The notes beneath the pieces were generated by a model. It did not search any database and was not told the origin of the DNA. It saw nothing but the letters and a program-made list of their open reading frames with translations. DNA of 64,000 nt, taken from positions 832,001 to 896,000 of the forward strand of contig BK006941.2 in the NCBI GenBank assembly GCA_000146045.2, given 5' to 3'. Shown here one piece after another: positions 11,854-22,895 of this stretch; positions within the stretch are counted from its first letter, which is position 1, and every line of letters begins with the position of its first letter. Origin of the DNA: TPA_inf: Saccharomyces (lineage: Eukaryota). A program made the translations under genes and the position numbers.

Positions 11854-12960
11854 ATGGGTATTATCGACAAAATCAAAGCCATCGAAGAAGAAATGGCCAG
11901 AACCCAAAAAAATAAGGCCACAGAACATCATCTGGGTCTTTTGAAGGGGAAATTGGCTAGATACAGACAACAACTGCTAGCTGATGAAGCTGGTAGTGGT
12001 GGTGGAGGAGGGTCTGGTTTTGAAGTGGCAAAATCAGGTGACGCTAGAGTAGTTTTAATAGGTTACCCCTCCGTCGGTAAGTCCTCCTTATTGGGTAAAA
12101 TTACCACCACCAAGTCTGAGATCGCTCATTATGCTTTCACGACATTGACATCCGTTCCTGGTGTATTGAAGTACCAAGGTGCAGAAATCCAAATTGTGGA
12201 TCTTCCAGGTATTATTTATGGTGCTTCGCAGGGTAAAGGTCGTGGTAGGCAAGTTGTTGCAACAGCAAGGACCGCAGATCTAGTATTAATGGTTTTAGAT
12301 GCCACAAAGAGTGAACATCAAAGAGCATCTTTGGAGAAGGAGCTGGAAAATGTAGGCATCAGGCTTAATAAAGAGAAACCAAATATTTACTATAAGAAAA
12401 AAGAAACTGGTGGCGTGAAAGTTACGTTTACCTCCCCTCCAAAGACCAATTTAACCGAACAGGCAATCAAAATGATCTTGAGAGATTATCGTATCCATAA
12501 TGCAGAAGTTCTGGTAAGAGATGACCAATGTACGATTGATGATTTTATCGATGTTATTAACGAACAACATAGAAATTATGTCAAATGTCTTTATGTGTAT
12601 AATAAGATAGATGCAGTATCATTAGAAGAGGTGGATAAACTTGCCAGAGAGCCAAACACCGTTGTTATGTCCTGTGAAATGGATTTGGGATTACAAGACG
12701 TCGTTGAAGAAATTTGGTACCAGCTGAACTTGAGTCGTGTGTATACAAAGAAGAGAGGTGTTAGACCAGTATTTGATGATCCTCTAGTGGTAAGAAATAA
12801 TTCCACTATTGGTGACTTATGTCATGGTATCCACAGGGATTTCAAAGATAAGTTCAAATACGCATTGGTTTGGGGTTCTTCTGCCAAACATTCTCCTCAG
12901 AAGTGCGGCTTAAACCACAGGATTGATGATGAAGATGTAGTTTCTTTATTCGCGAAATAG
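11854..12960 (+). CDS. RBG2: Obg/DRG-family GTP-binding protein
   Basis: 368-aa ORF with G1 motif [10 protein letters not shown]3 DLPG, G4 NKID and a C-terminal TGS domain; matches Rbg2 (YGR173W). Confidence 0.92.
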
Positions 12961-13280
12961 TATAAATGAATAGATTTTAAAGAAACATGAAAAAACAAGA
13001 TCAGCATCGAGAACTGTAGTACGGAGCAGAGATTTTGCATGACTAAACGGACTCATTTTCCTTGTAGTAGAAATAAATGCTGAAAATAGGTTTTTTAGTG
13101 AGAACCGGAAGGTGTTACTTTCATGGTATATTCGTATATACTTTTATAATGTAATTTGAAGAGCTCCGTTCATAAAAATTGTCATTCTGGGCTTCAAATG
13201 AATAAATAAACCCGAATGACAATGAAATCTCGAAATTATAATAGTGGTACCTAGTGTAGTAAGTATAAAGGAACCTTCTC

Positions 13281-13632
13281 TGTTGTATCTCAGAATGGGA
13301 TACCTCAGTATGACAATACATCATCCTAAACGTTCATAAAACACATATGAAACAACCTTACAGCAAAACGAACAGAATGAGCAACATGAAAATAAAACTC
13401 TGCCTTCCTTAGCTAACCTACTCTAACGTATAAGTATCTGAACAATTGGTTTAGATCCAAGATTCCGCGCTTCCACCATTTAGTATGATCCATATTTTAT
13501 ATAATATATAGGATAAGTAAGATCCCGTGAATCAAGCTGATAAACCGTTTTGACAACTGGTTACTTCCCTAAGACTGTTTATATTAGGATTGTCAAGAAC
13601 CTTGACATTACCCCATTGCATGATGCAATAAT
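13281..13632 (+). mobile_element. Solo Ty3 LTR (sigma element), about 17 bp upstream of tRNA-Gly(GCC)
   Basis: Starts TGTTGTATCTCAGAATGGGATACCTCAGTATGACAATAC... and aligns along its length to the sigma sequence I recall (..CGTTCATAAAACACATATGAAACAACCTTA.. ..TTAGATCCAAGATTCCGCGCTTCCACCA.. ..GACTGTTTATATTAGGATTGTCAAGA..). The 3' boundary is approximate (diverged end). Confidence 0.85.
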
Positions 13633-13648
13633 CTCATATAAATAACAA

Positions 13649-13719
13649 GCGCAAGTGGTTTAGTGGTAAAATCCAACGTTGCCATCGTTGGGCCCCCGGT
13701 TCGATTCCGGGCTTGCGCA
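13649..13719 (+). tRNA. tG(GCC): tRNA-Gly (anticodon GCC)
   Basis: GCGCAAGTGGTTTAGTGGTAAAATCCAACGTTGCCATCGTTGGGCCCCCGGTTCGATTCCGGGCTTGCGCA is identical to the yeast tRNA-Gly(GCC) I recall; it has A-box and B-box (GGTTCGATTCC) and is followed by a T7 Pol III terminator. Confidence 0.96.
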
Positions 13720-13892
13720 ATGTTTTTTCCATCCCCAAGTATGGGAACTAAAATAGCTAAAAATAAGTATGAAGTTATATTTTTAAACCTATTTACAGTG
13801 TACAAATAAATAATATATCATAAATGACACAGACGTATGTTTTAGGATGCAAAAGTTCAAGCTGCCCTTCCTAATTGAGTGACCCGACCCAT

Positions 13893-14405
13893 CTACCAGA
13901 AGCGCCACCAGCTTTTAACCTGCTTATCCTGGACTATTTCCTTTGTTTTCTCCTCCGTTTCAGATCTTAGCTGAGACAGTTCATTTCTGATCCTAGCCAA
14001 CTCTTCTTTTTGCACCTCCTCCGCCCTCACCTTAGCAAAGTGATCTCTGCTTTGAACGTTATCACCGTTCCTTTCCCAAGGTGATTGAAGGGGGCCCGTC
14101 TTCCAAATTGGATCGTCACTTTGAGAAGTTTCCTTAACAATTTTCATCAAAGCCTGCTGCTCCGACTGACGTAGTTTTTTCTCCCTCTCATATTGTAAAC
14201 GTAATTCTGGGGAAAGCTGGCTGATTAACTGTTGATCTGTTGGCGTTGTGTACTTGAAAAGCAGAAACCCGCTTCCAATAATAGCGCCACCAATTGCATA
14301 GACTTTCAACCAACGTACCCACAATGGTCTTTCCATACCCAAATAATGCTTATACTGTCTTTGTTTTGCTATTACTGCCTCTCTAGGAGTTATCGCGCAC
14401 TGCAT
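13893..14405 (-). CDS. CBP4: Cytochrome b-c1 complex assembly factor, mitochondrial
   Basis: 170-aa ORF with a single TM segment near the N-terminus and a charged coiled C-terminus; position and size match Cbp4 (YGR174C). Confidence 0.85.
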
Positions 14406-14932
14406 GTATATAAAATTTTATCTTGATAAAATACCCCGGGGGATGAGCAAAAAAAGGGATATGGGGAATGAAAAGTGAGATAAACTAGCAATAATCTATT
14501 CTAATAAGTAGAACATTCACAAAGACTACTATGGTGTAATTCTGAAAGGATTTACGAGAGCACAAATACTATTATGTATAATTCTGACTGCAGAATCCGG
14601 CAAGCTTGATTTAATATCACTTAAGGAAGTAATATCGTTAATTGATAACCGAATATGAATCTCAATGCATATTTTGAAGCATATCAAGCCATTTTTCCTT
14701 TTCTGTTGGAGGCATTTTTAAGGAAAGAACAAAAAGTATAAAACACTTCGGTTAATAATAAATGATATGTGAATTTTTTTGAAAATATGTAAAATAAATA
14801 AGTAATAAATAAAAATAAGATGTGTTTATCGTAATGTACTATACAAGCCTTCCAAGCCGACTTCTGTAATAAAAAAAAAAGGTGCAGCTTAATGTTTGAC
14901 GGTTCCTATCCTCTCTCCCTTATAAGCTGTAG

Positions 14933-16423
14933 TTAACCAATCAACTCACCAAACAAAAATGGGGTGAATACTCTAATAGCTGTGATCAAAATCATAATAC
15001 CTTCCAATAAAGCCATTGGTAATCCCAAGAAACCACGTTCTTCCATGTTCAAGTAAATGGTGTAAAAAGCGACAGCGAAGAAAACCCTGGTCAATTGCAA
15101 AGGCTTTGGCAAGACACCAGACAGAAATTCAACGGGTTTGTTGACACAATCGCCACCTCTTTGGAAATATTTGAAACAACCTTTTTGTAATGCCTTCAAG
15201 TTATCGCTGTCAGCAGCGAACAAAGAATACAAAGCCACTGACAAAACGTTAATAACGGAATCGTAACTCTTTCTTTCGAAATGGTAGTCTAGTAATTCAT
15301 CCAAAACCTTTTCACGGTCGCTGAAGTCTAGGTCACCTATTTTCTTAATCAACAAGACAACATCATGCAAACCGACAGTCATACCACCACCAGTCAATGG
15401 ATGTCTCATATTTAGAGCGTCACCGATAACACACATACCAGTGACGTCGTTTTGTCTAGCTGGCAAGTAGGAGTTTGGCATAGCTCTAAATTTACCTTGG
15501 CTGACGGCTTCATCAAATGAAGGACGTAGACTCTTTGGAATGAAAGGTTGGACATCCTTAATCATCCAACTCTTGATATCAGCTGGGACCTTTGGAGAGT
15601 TGTAAGCACAAAGGATTCTTGTTTCTTCTGGACTGATTTGGTAAACCAAGATTGGCATATGATCACTACCAAGAATAACGTGACCGTGCATAGGAGCAGG
15701 ATTCTTAGCATTGAACAAAGACATACCGACAAACGAAGAACCGACAGTTGGAACATGGTCTGGGTGCAATTCCTTTCTGAAACGTGAAAAGATACCGTCA
15801 CAGATAAATGTCAAGTGGGCTTTGAATTCCACCTTGCCACGGCCATCAATGTCAACCTTGGCACCAACAACCTCATTCTTTTCATCCTTCAATATCTCAA
15901 TACAGTTACCTTGCACTCTAGTAACATTTGGCTCTTGAGCAGTAATGTTTCTCAAGTTGTTCAAGAATCTACCATGAACAAAAGCAACACCCCTTTCTCT
16001 TTCATCATCTTCGTAATCCTTGATGTGAATAGTGCTGTCTTCCAAGACCTTGTCATTACCATCTTTGACCAAGTCCTTCAATTTTTCAACTTTAGGGATA
16101 TCGGCCTTGTAAGGGTATGGAATATCAACTTGTTCGCCGTTGAAAAAGACGGTATAACCGGTAACAGGATATGCTTCGATGTTGTTGATAGATTGAATCA
16201 TACCCAGACTTCTCAATGCTCTAACACCACCTGGTTGCATCAATTCACCAACAATTCTATCAGGCATAGCCCAGTCACGTTCTACGATAAGAACTTTCTT
16301 ACCCTTTCTTGCTAGACCAGTAGCAACACATGGACCGATAACACCAGCACCGATGACAATCGCATCGTAGGTAATTGTGTTGTCGGCATTAATCAATTCA
16401 GGTGCAACGTTAACAGCAGACAT
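14933..16423 (-). CDS. ERG1: Squalene monooxygenase (squalene epoxidase)
   Basis: 496-aa ORF with N-terminal FAD-binding Rossmann motif (VIGAGVIGPCVATGLARKG) and C-terminal membrane helices; matches Erg1. Confidence 0.95.
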   Translation of the reverse strand: MSAVNVAPELINADNTITYDAIVIGAGVIGPCVATGLARKGKKVLIVERDWAMPDRIVGELMQPGGVRALRSLGMIQSINNIEAYPVTGYTVFFNGEQVDIPYPYKADIPKVEKLKDLVKDGNDKVLEDSTIHIKDYEDDERERGVAFVHGRFLNNLRNITAQEPNVTRVQGNCIEILKDEKNEVVGAKVDIDGRGKVEFKAHLTFICDGIFSRFRKELHPDHVPTVGSSFVGMSLFNAKNPAPMHGHVILGSDHMPILVYQISPEETRILCAYNSPKVPADIKSWMIKDVQPFIPKSLRPSFDEAVSQGKFRAMPNSYLPARQNDVTGMCVIGDALNMRHPLTGGGMTVGLHDVVLLIKKIGDLDFSDREKVLDELLDYHFERKSYDSVINVLSVALYSLFAADSDNLKALQKGCFKYFQRGGDCVNKPVEFLSGVLPKPLQLTRVFFAVAFYTIYLNMEERGFLGLPMALLEGIMILITAIRVFTPFLFGELIG

Positions 16424-16511
16424 GACCCTTTTCTCGATATGTTTTTCTGTGATTTTTTTTTTTCAATTGTTCGAAATAACCTGTATTGTTCAATACTGGA
16501 CAATTGTTCTG

Positions 16512-16556
16512 ATATATATATATATATATAATTTTCAATGAAAAAAAAAAAAAAAA
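16512..16556. repeat. (TA)10 dinucleotide microsatellite followed by an A16 homopolymer in the ERG1 promoter
   Basis: Direct reading: atatatatatatatatatat at 16512-16531 and aaaaaaaaaaaaaaaa at 16541-16556. Confidence 0.95.
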
Positions 16557-16828
16557 GAAAGAAAATTAGAAGCTAGAAAGAAATAAGGAAAAGGAAAAGC
16601 AAACAACAATAGGAAAAAAAAGCATAGAAACATATAATAGATTAAATACAAAAGATTTATTATACATGCGAGGTAAGACTATTGTCTAAGACTTATACCC
16701 GACCGAGAGCAGCCACGGCATGCATCGACTACGAGCGTATTGTGTTATATCAGCTCTGTCCGATACACTGCTTGCCTTTTGTACGAGCTCGGCCGAGCTA
16801 TACGAAGGCCCGCTACGGCAGTATCGCA

Positions 16829-18436
16829 TTAAAGCGACGCAAATTCGCCGATGGTTTGGTAGAAGAGCTTGCAGAACGATTCCCATTCGCCACGATCCCG
16901 TAGAGTGCCCTGAACCACGCTCATGTCCATGTTCATACCATTCACGTTTGTGGAGCAAACGTTTAGGCCGAACGCAAATCTCAAGGCGCCTGCAGACTGC
17001 GAGAAGATTAAATCCCGAACGTAGTACGGCTTGGTCGTATCTTGCGAGACAAGTCCTGTATTACTGATGATTGCACCGCCTCTTTGCTGGTGCAAATAAG
17101 AGTTGGCAAGAAGGCTGTCTATATTCTTGTTTTCAACGATAAAATCAAGTTGTAGGACCCCCAGACCAATCAAGTGGTCACCGTTGTCGTACGATTCTAA
17201 AAAGCGGTCATAGTAGTATTCGACAAGACTCCAAAACTTGTCATTGTCACCTTCGGGAATGTCGAATGAGGAGATTAGATAGGCGTAATGCGAACCTCCA
17301 ACGTTGGAGCCGTATTTATAAGAATCTCTTAACTCTTCATCGTTTGGTAAAAACCTTCTTGCGTTGCTTGGAATAGCCACATCGAACCCATACTCGAGAA
17401 GAGATTTTGTGAACAGCTTATCCAGTCTATACAGGGCTACAAGAAAGCACGCTTGAATGAAGGGTGTTAGGGTGCACCCATCGTGAACATTTTTCTTGAT
17501 CTGAGCTCTGATTTGTTCTACTTGCTTAGTACTGAAATGCAACAAGTAATTGTAACTAGCATTAGCATTACTAGAGGGGCTATATCTAGCTGTAAGTGTA
17601 GATTCGCTGGAGGTTTTAAAATTACAATGTTCATAAATGAAGGTTGTTAAAAAGAATTTGGGTAATGAAGTCAATGCTGGCTTGTAGTCAATACGATCCG
17701 TAATCGGTTTTGGCAATTTAGAAATTTCAGTGTAGTCTCGATCATAGTCAATGATGACTTGATCTTCGATGAACTCTTCATCATAATCAAACCCTTTTTC
17801 TTCGATTTTACAAAAGAGTAGAGCTAAATCTTTGAAAAAATTCGATCCACTGACACCGTCGGAGCCGCAGTGGTTAGTGACATAAACGAAGTTTTTCCAC
17901 GTTTCAAACCCATCAGTATCCTTACCTGGTAAACAAATCAATCTCCAATTAGGCCTCTTCGGATTACCCAGAGGTATGATTACAGGGCTAATCAATTCGA
18001 TTAACCTATTGGTGACTTTGAAATCATCCTTTTTGAACTGTTCTGAGATTTTCTCCATGACTTCTCTGTATTCTGGTTGATTATTCATAATCAAGTCATC
18101 GAATTCAAGATGAGAAATCACCTTTATGAAATCATGCTGTGGAAAAGGTTTACTAAGGTACTCTTCGCTAGAGTAGTACGCTTCATGATGAGGATAATGC
18201 TTAGGAATGATTGTATGCGCAAGAGTTGAGTATTTTTGAAGTAATACTTTCAAGACAAGCATTAGTTGTCTCTTATTAACACCTTTATTCAATTCCGCGT
18301 AAACAGTAAAATTCGAGTACATTTTCTGCCTACTCAAAACAGCAAAGTAGTTTTCCAAGTGGCCCATACGTCTTGCATGGCCACGGTCTATCAACTCTTG
18401 AGTGATATGTGGTTCGTATCCTTCTATATCTTCCAT
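16829..18436 (-). CDS. ATF2: Alcohol O-acetyltransferase 2 (sterol/steroid acetyltransferase)
   Basis: ORF with HxxxDG acyltransferase motif (HCGSDGVSG). The track ORF (540 aa) starts 5 codons upstream (MSRLI-MEDIEG); I recall annotated Atf2 as 535 aa beginning MEDIEGYEP, so I place the start at 18436. Confidence 0.88.
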   Translation of the reverse strand: MEDIEGYEPHITQELIDRGHARRMGHLENYFAVLSRQKMYSNFTVYAELNKGVNKRQLMLVLKVLLQKYSTLAHTIIPKHYPHHEAYYSSEEYLSKPFPQHDFIKVISHLEFDDLIMNNQPEYREVMEKISEQFKKDDFKVTNRLIELISPVIIPLGNPKRPNWRLICLPGKDTDGFETWKNFVYVTNHCGSDGVSGSNFFKDLALLFCKIEEKGFDYDEEFIEDQVIIDYDRDYTEISKLPKPITDRIDYKPALTSLPKFFLTTFIYEHCNFKTSSESTLTARYSPSSNANASYNYLLHFSTKQVEQIRAQIKKNVHDGCTLTPFIQACFLVALYRLDKLFTKSLLEYGFDVAIPSNARRFLPNDEELRDSYKYGSNVGGSHYAYLISSFDIPEGDNDKFWSLVEYYYDRFLESYDNGDHLIGLGVLQLDFIVENKNIDSLLANSYLHQQRGGAIISNTGLVSQDTTKPYYVRDLIFSQSAGALRFAFGLNVCSTNVNGMNMDMSVVQGTLRDRGEWESFCKLFYQTIGEFASL

Positions 18437-19046
18437 AATTAACCTGGACAATTTTTATTGCTGAAGTTATTATTCGTTTGAAAGTCTCAGTACTGTTTGT
18501 ACGCATTAGGAATGACATTGCTGTTACTGCAGAATTGCCCTACACATTTGTTGTTGTCTTTTAAGTAACAATTTGCTCTATTTTCACAGACCTCGAAGAA
18601 ACGTAAATCTTGACAACAAATGTTTACGATCGTTTAGGTGTATGAAAAAATATAGAATACCAAAATAGGAAACTCGTTGAATTCGTTTACTCATTATCCC
18701 GCAATATTTATCGGTGGCCTACAGAGTTCAATGTAGCCTGAGATTGTGGCGATTGAAATACTGATTACTTAAAATTTGCTAAAGCCTGTTCTATCTGAAG
18801 AAAAAAAAAAAAAATGGATGAGCCTTCCAGTTCATTGAAATTCTTCAGTTCTTATTTTTTTTTCAAAAAGAAAAGTTTCAGTACCCTGTTCCAAAAAAAA
18901 TGAAAAAAATGAAAATCCAGTATCCTTCCCATAAAAATTAAAAGTTCCATTATTTATGGGTAAGTAAGTACCACTGATTATATACCATATTTATAAAGTG
19001 CATGAATTTATTACTATATATTGCTTTTTCTGACGTGCTTCCTTCA

Positions 19047-21215
19047 CTATTTATGGCCACTGGTACTACTATTATGGTGGCCATGGTGGCTAGTTTGATG
19101 GTAATTTCTACTATGGCCATGACTGTGCATTGCCGACCCGTTCGCTGGCATGCCAGATGGACCTGATCCCATCATTCCTTGGAAGGGTATCCCTCCTGGA
19201 TACCCGAAGGCACCCATAGGAGCGCCAGGGCCAGCTGCCATAAAACCTGCAGGGACATGGGGCGAAATATTTCCTCCTCCTTCTTCAGCCCCATTGCTAC
19301 CCATAACTGGCATCATTTGAGGCATAGATGGGTGATAAAACATTGGCTGAGGTTGAAATGGCATGTACATACCCATTGACCCAGCAGCAAAGCCATTCAT
19401 CATCGGATTTGGTGATGCCGATGGACCTCCCATCGGAAAGCCCATCATCCCGCCCATATTCATGCCCATAGCTGGATTCATACCAGGCACAGCATTGCCC
19501 ATGGAGTTCAATTGGCGTTGTTGGAACCTAGTTTGAGCTTCTTGAATCGCCGTATCCTCATCTGGGAAAAATGTCTTATACGATTCTTCAATTGTATTTA
19601 ACCAGGTTGGCGCAGTAAAATAAGGTTTTTCAATAAAGAAGGGTTCCATATTCTCCGAGGCATCATCGCCTTTCTTCTTTTCATCGTGGGCCTCCTTGGA
19701 TTTGATGAACATATTAAAACTTTTTCCGAACAACACTCTCTTGGCGTCATTAGTATGAGGGTTCTTGGCACCAAAAAAGGAACCATGATTACGTCTTCTC
19801 AATGAAGTACTAGATCTCGTGGTATGGCCGGTAGATGATTGGCCTTGAGATATGTTGCTGCCACTTCTTCTAGATTCTGATTTCCCTGCAGAAATCTGTG
19901 TAGTAGGAGAAACAGTCTTGGCCGAAGGGGTTTTGCTGATCGGTTTTGGAGGCAACGAAGAATTAGATTTTAATGTAGAGCTTGACCTTTTTAAGACTTC
20001 TAGCATGTCTTTTGGAATATCATATGGAACTTTAAATTTCTCGGAAAATTTCTTCAACTCTTCAATCTGGGCTTCTTTGCTACTCAAACTTTTCTTATTC
20101 TTAGAAGTCTTTTGTGGGGGTTTTCCCTCTGGCGCACCTGCTGCTGCGGGAGTAGAGGTATCCGTGGAAACGGCATTTTCATTTTTGTTAGAATTACTCG
20201 AAGAGATAATTGCTGGATCCATATGATGAGGTTGCTGTCTTAAAGTAGGTGGGACATACCTATTCCCCTTGTTGGAATTAGGCTTAGAATTGCTTTTTAA
20301 AGCGGCCAACAACTCATCTCCTCTTCTATCAACACCAGAGTATAAGTCTTCTTCATCTAGACCAGAATCATCAATTATGATACCTCTGTCCTCTGCAATA
20401 TGAATATTACCGGAAGTTCCTTGCGATTCAATTTCCTTAGCGATTCTTTCGGCTTCTTGCAACCTCTTACTGTAATTAGGGTCATCCTTGTTAATCTTTG
20501 TTGTATACAAATGTTCATCAAAAGTTGACTTTACGCCAAACTTTTTCTCGTTCACAGCAAATTGATCCCAACTGGCAGAATCGTCTTCCAAAGCTTTACC
20601 CTTGTTGATATCAAAATGTTCCGCGCCTTCTTCGGGTGTCCATTTTTCTAACTTACGCTCCTTAATTTCTCTACCAGAACCAGAAATATCAACATCAGTC
20701 CTGAATTTCGTAACTTCATTCGATTCTCCATTTACCCTTTCCTTTTCAATATTTGTTCTGGCGGGCGTTGTTTCTTGGGCTTTGGAATTTTCCCATTTCT
20801 CATCAAGAGACAAATCAATATTCTTCAGTTCCAACTCAGCGACATCTTCACCGTGAATCAGCAAGGTTTCTCCCAAAGTCTTAGCCAAGTCATCCACAGA
20901 ATCACTAACTCCTGAATCAGCAACCCTGGGAAATCTTAATACAACATCGATACCATTAGTAGATTCCAAATTACAAGATACTAATAAACCGGTATATTTC
21001 ACACCTGAAGTAACAGTTACTGTTACATCAGAGCCTATACTATTGGCTAACAAATAATCTTGACGGTCATCAAAGTTTCTCGTAATTTCAGGGTTCTCAT
21101 AGAACATTGAACTGTTGTTTTGATTAGGGACGCCTCCATTCGTATAATTGCTGTCAGAATTACCACCCTTTCTTGAGTTGGTGGAGCTATCTCTTTTCCT
21201 AAAGTTTCCCTTCAT
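19047..21215 (-). CDS. PBP1: Pab1-binding protein, ataxin-2 homolog (LsmAD domain; Met/Gly/Pro-rich low-complexity C-terminus)
   Basis: 722-aa ORF; N-terminal Lsm-like region, Ser-rich middle, C-terminal MGMxM/Pro/Gly-rich tail; matches Pbp1 (YGR178C). Confidence 0.92.
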   Translation of the reverse strand: MKGNFRKRDSSTNSRKGGNSDSNYTNGGVPNQNNSSMFYENPEITRNFDDRQDYLLANSIGSDVTVTVTSGVKYTGLLVSCNLESTNGIDVVLRFPRVADSGVSDSVDDLAKTLGETLLIHGEDVAELELKNIDLSLDEKWENSKAQETTPARTNIEKERVNGESNEVTKFRTDVDISGSGREIKERKLEKWTPEEGAEHFDINKGKALEDDSASWDQFAVNEKKFGVKSTFDEHLYTTKINKDDPNYSKRLQEAERIAKEIESQGTSGNIHIAEDRGIIIDDSGLDEEDLYSGVDRRGDELLAALKSNSKPNSNKGNRYVPPTLRQQPHHMDPAIISSSNSNKNENAVSTDTSTPAAAGAPEGKPPQKTSKNKKSLSSKEAQIEELKKFSEKFKVPYDIPKDMLEVLKRSSSTLKSNSSLPPKPISKTPSAKTVSPTTQISAGKSESRRSGSNISQGQSSTGHTTRSSTSLRRRNHGSFFGAKNPHTNDAKRVLFGKSFNMFIKSKEAHDEKKKGDDASENMEPFFIEKPYFTAPTWLNTIEESYKTFFPDEDTAIQEAQTRFQQRQLNSMGNAVPGMNPAMGMNMGGMMGFPMGGPSASPNPMMNGFAAGSMGMYMPFQPQPMFYHPSMPQMMPVMGSNGAEEGGGNISPHVPAGFMAAGPGAPMGAFGYPGGIPFQGMMGSGPSGMPANGSAMHSHGHSRNYHQTSHHGHHNSSTSGHK

Positions 21216-21674
21216 ATTGTTTCAATGTAATGAACTCCTTTAATTACTTCCGTGACTGAGGATGTCAGTTTTTATATCAAATCAATTTTCAAAGATTTAA
21301 TTATTGCTTCCCCTTCAAGATCAATTCGGAAATAATCGAAACGTCTTCTGGAAAGAACAAAAAGAAAGATAGAAGAAAACGCGAGTGAATGACCTATATC
21401 TTCCTTAAAGATCTATGCGATGAGAGATGCCGATTTAAGAACTGCTTTACAAAAACGCAAATCTCAAGTAAAGAAAGTGCCTCCCAATTGAGCTTTCCTT
21501 CCTTCTTTATTTTTTTTTTTTTCCAGTTTTTCATAATTTGTTGTGGCTCTCCAAGGTTTTCTGAGGCTCGTTGGCGGAGAAGTTACGTAACCCGGATGCT
21601 AATAGTGCATGATTATATATCAAATATTTAGTTATATGCATCGTAATCGTAAACTCTGAAACAATGGATTATCG

Positions 21675-22895
21675 CTAGTGTATATCTTCTTCGGTCTTAT
21701 CTTGGTGCGACTCATGGTGCGGTACAAAAACCTCTTTGATTTCTTCTTCATGTGAATCCGAAATCATTTGACCCATTGTTTCCTTAAGTTCCTTTGATTT
21801 CTTCGTATATTCTTTCAAAGAAGGTAACAACGACAGTACTTCCTCCTTATCAAGCCTCACATCGGCTGTACTTTTTATGGGGTCGTTCAACATCAGGTTC
21901 AATTCGTGGCTATCATTTCTAAAAGTTACTGGGCCATCAGGATGCATAAATCCATTAGTAGATTCTAAGCCATATGTATATTCCATTGCTTTGTTAAGTA
22001 CTGGATGCAGATCTTTTTGTATTAGCTTCTCAGTGAGTCGTTTCTTGTTGTTTGTTTTTAAATTCATGCACAACTTCCTAGTTTCCTCCAAAAGGTTTTG
22101 TTCACGTGAAAGAATTGCTTCCAATCTCTCATTATTTTGTAGTTCTTGTGAATACCGGTTTTGAATAAATTGTCGCTTAGAATAAATATACTCGATGTCT
22201 AGATCTCTTTCCGATATCCTAGAGGGAAATTTGGCCTGTCTTAGCTTCTTCTTTATCTTTGTGAGGATTATTTCAAGCAAACGTTCCTTCTTAGAATATA
22301 TTCTTTTAACCTCATTATTATCGCCATGCGTCATTTGGTTCATTTCCTTTTCGTACTTCTCAAAGACAGAATCAAGAGCGCTTACAGTGTTAGTCTCTAA
22401 TAAACGAAGTATGGATCCTATCATTATTTTAGAAGGCTTTTTCCAATGCTTTAATTCATAATTGCGCGGCAACCTTTCTCTATACTCAGCTTGTATTACC
22501 TTCCTGAATTCCCAAGGTCGTACATTGCCCTCTCCACTTGTTGCGCTTCCATCCGATAGATGAGATTGCAATTTACCTGTACTTTCCTTGCCAACCTCAA
22601 ATCGAAGTTGTTTAGATCCTTTATGATGGTATTGTCCTTCTTCTTTGTTCGTGCGCTCTTCTATTTCTCCTTCTTCAGCATCATCAGAGTTCTCATAAAA
22701 AAGCGACTTCTTTGATTGGGTGCTTTTAGCTTCTGGTGCTACGTCCAGACGTAAAGTTTTAATATCATTCACATTCATGAGAATGCTGCTATCGCTTTCA
22801 GAGGAACTTCGGTTGGGTGACAGATCCATGGCCTGGCCATTGTTAATTGAATCATTTTCAATATTTTGTAAAAAATTATCTCTATCAGCTGCCAT
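21675..22895 (-). CDS. OKP1: Outer kinetochore COMA complex subunit
   Basis: 406-aa charged coiled-coil ORF; size and position between PBP1 and RNR4 match Okp1 (YGR179C). Confidence 0.85.
   Translation of the reverse strand: MAADRDNFLQNIENDSINNGQAMDLSPNRSSSESDSSILMNVNDIKTLRLDVAPEAKSTQSKKSLFYENSDDAEEGEIEERTNKEEGQYHHKGSKQLRFEVGKESTGKLQSHLSDGSATSGEGNVRPWEFRKVIQAEYRERLPRNYELKHWKKPSKIMIGSILRLLETNTVSALDSVFEKYEKEMNQMTHGDNNEVKRIYSKKERLLEIILTKIKKKLRQAKFPSRISERDLDIEYIYSKRQFIQNRYSQELQNNERLEAILSREQNLLEETRKLCMNLKTNNKKRLTEKLIQKDLHPVLNKAMEYTYGLESTNGFMHPDGPVTFRNDSHELNLMLNDPIKSTADVRLDKEEVLSLLPSLKEYTKKSKELKETMGQMISDSHEEEIKEVFVPHHESHQDKTEEDIH

Noticed and set aside
13121-13280. Possible second LTR fragment immediately 5' of the sigma element
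   Set aside because: AT-rich with vague resemblance to LTR ends, but I could not align it convincingly to delta, sigma or tau from memory.
16682-17067. 73-, 90- and 115-aa ORFs overlapping the ATF2 3' end (the YGR176W-type dubious ORF)
   Set aside because: They overlap the 3' end of the well-supported ATF2 ORF on both strands and have Arg/Ser-rich arbitrary composition; consistent with a dubious ORF.
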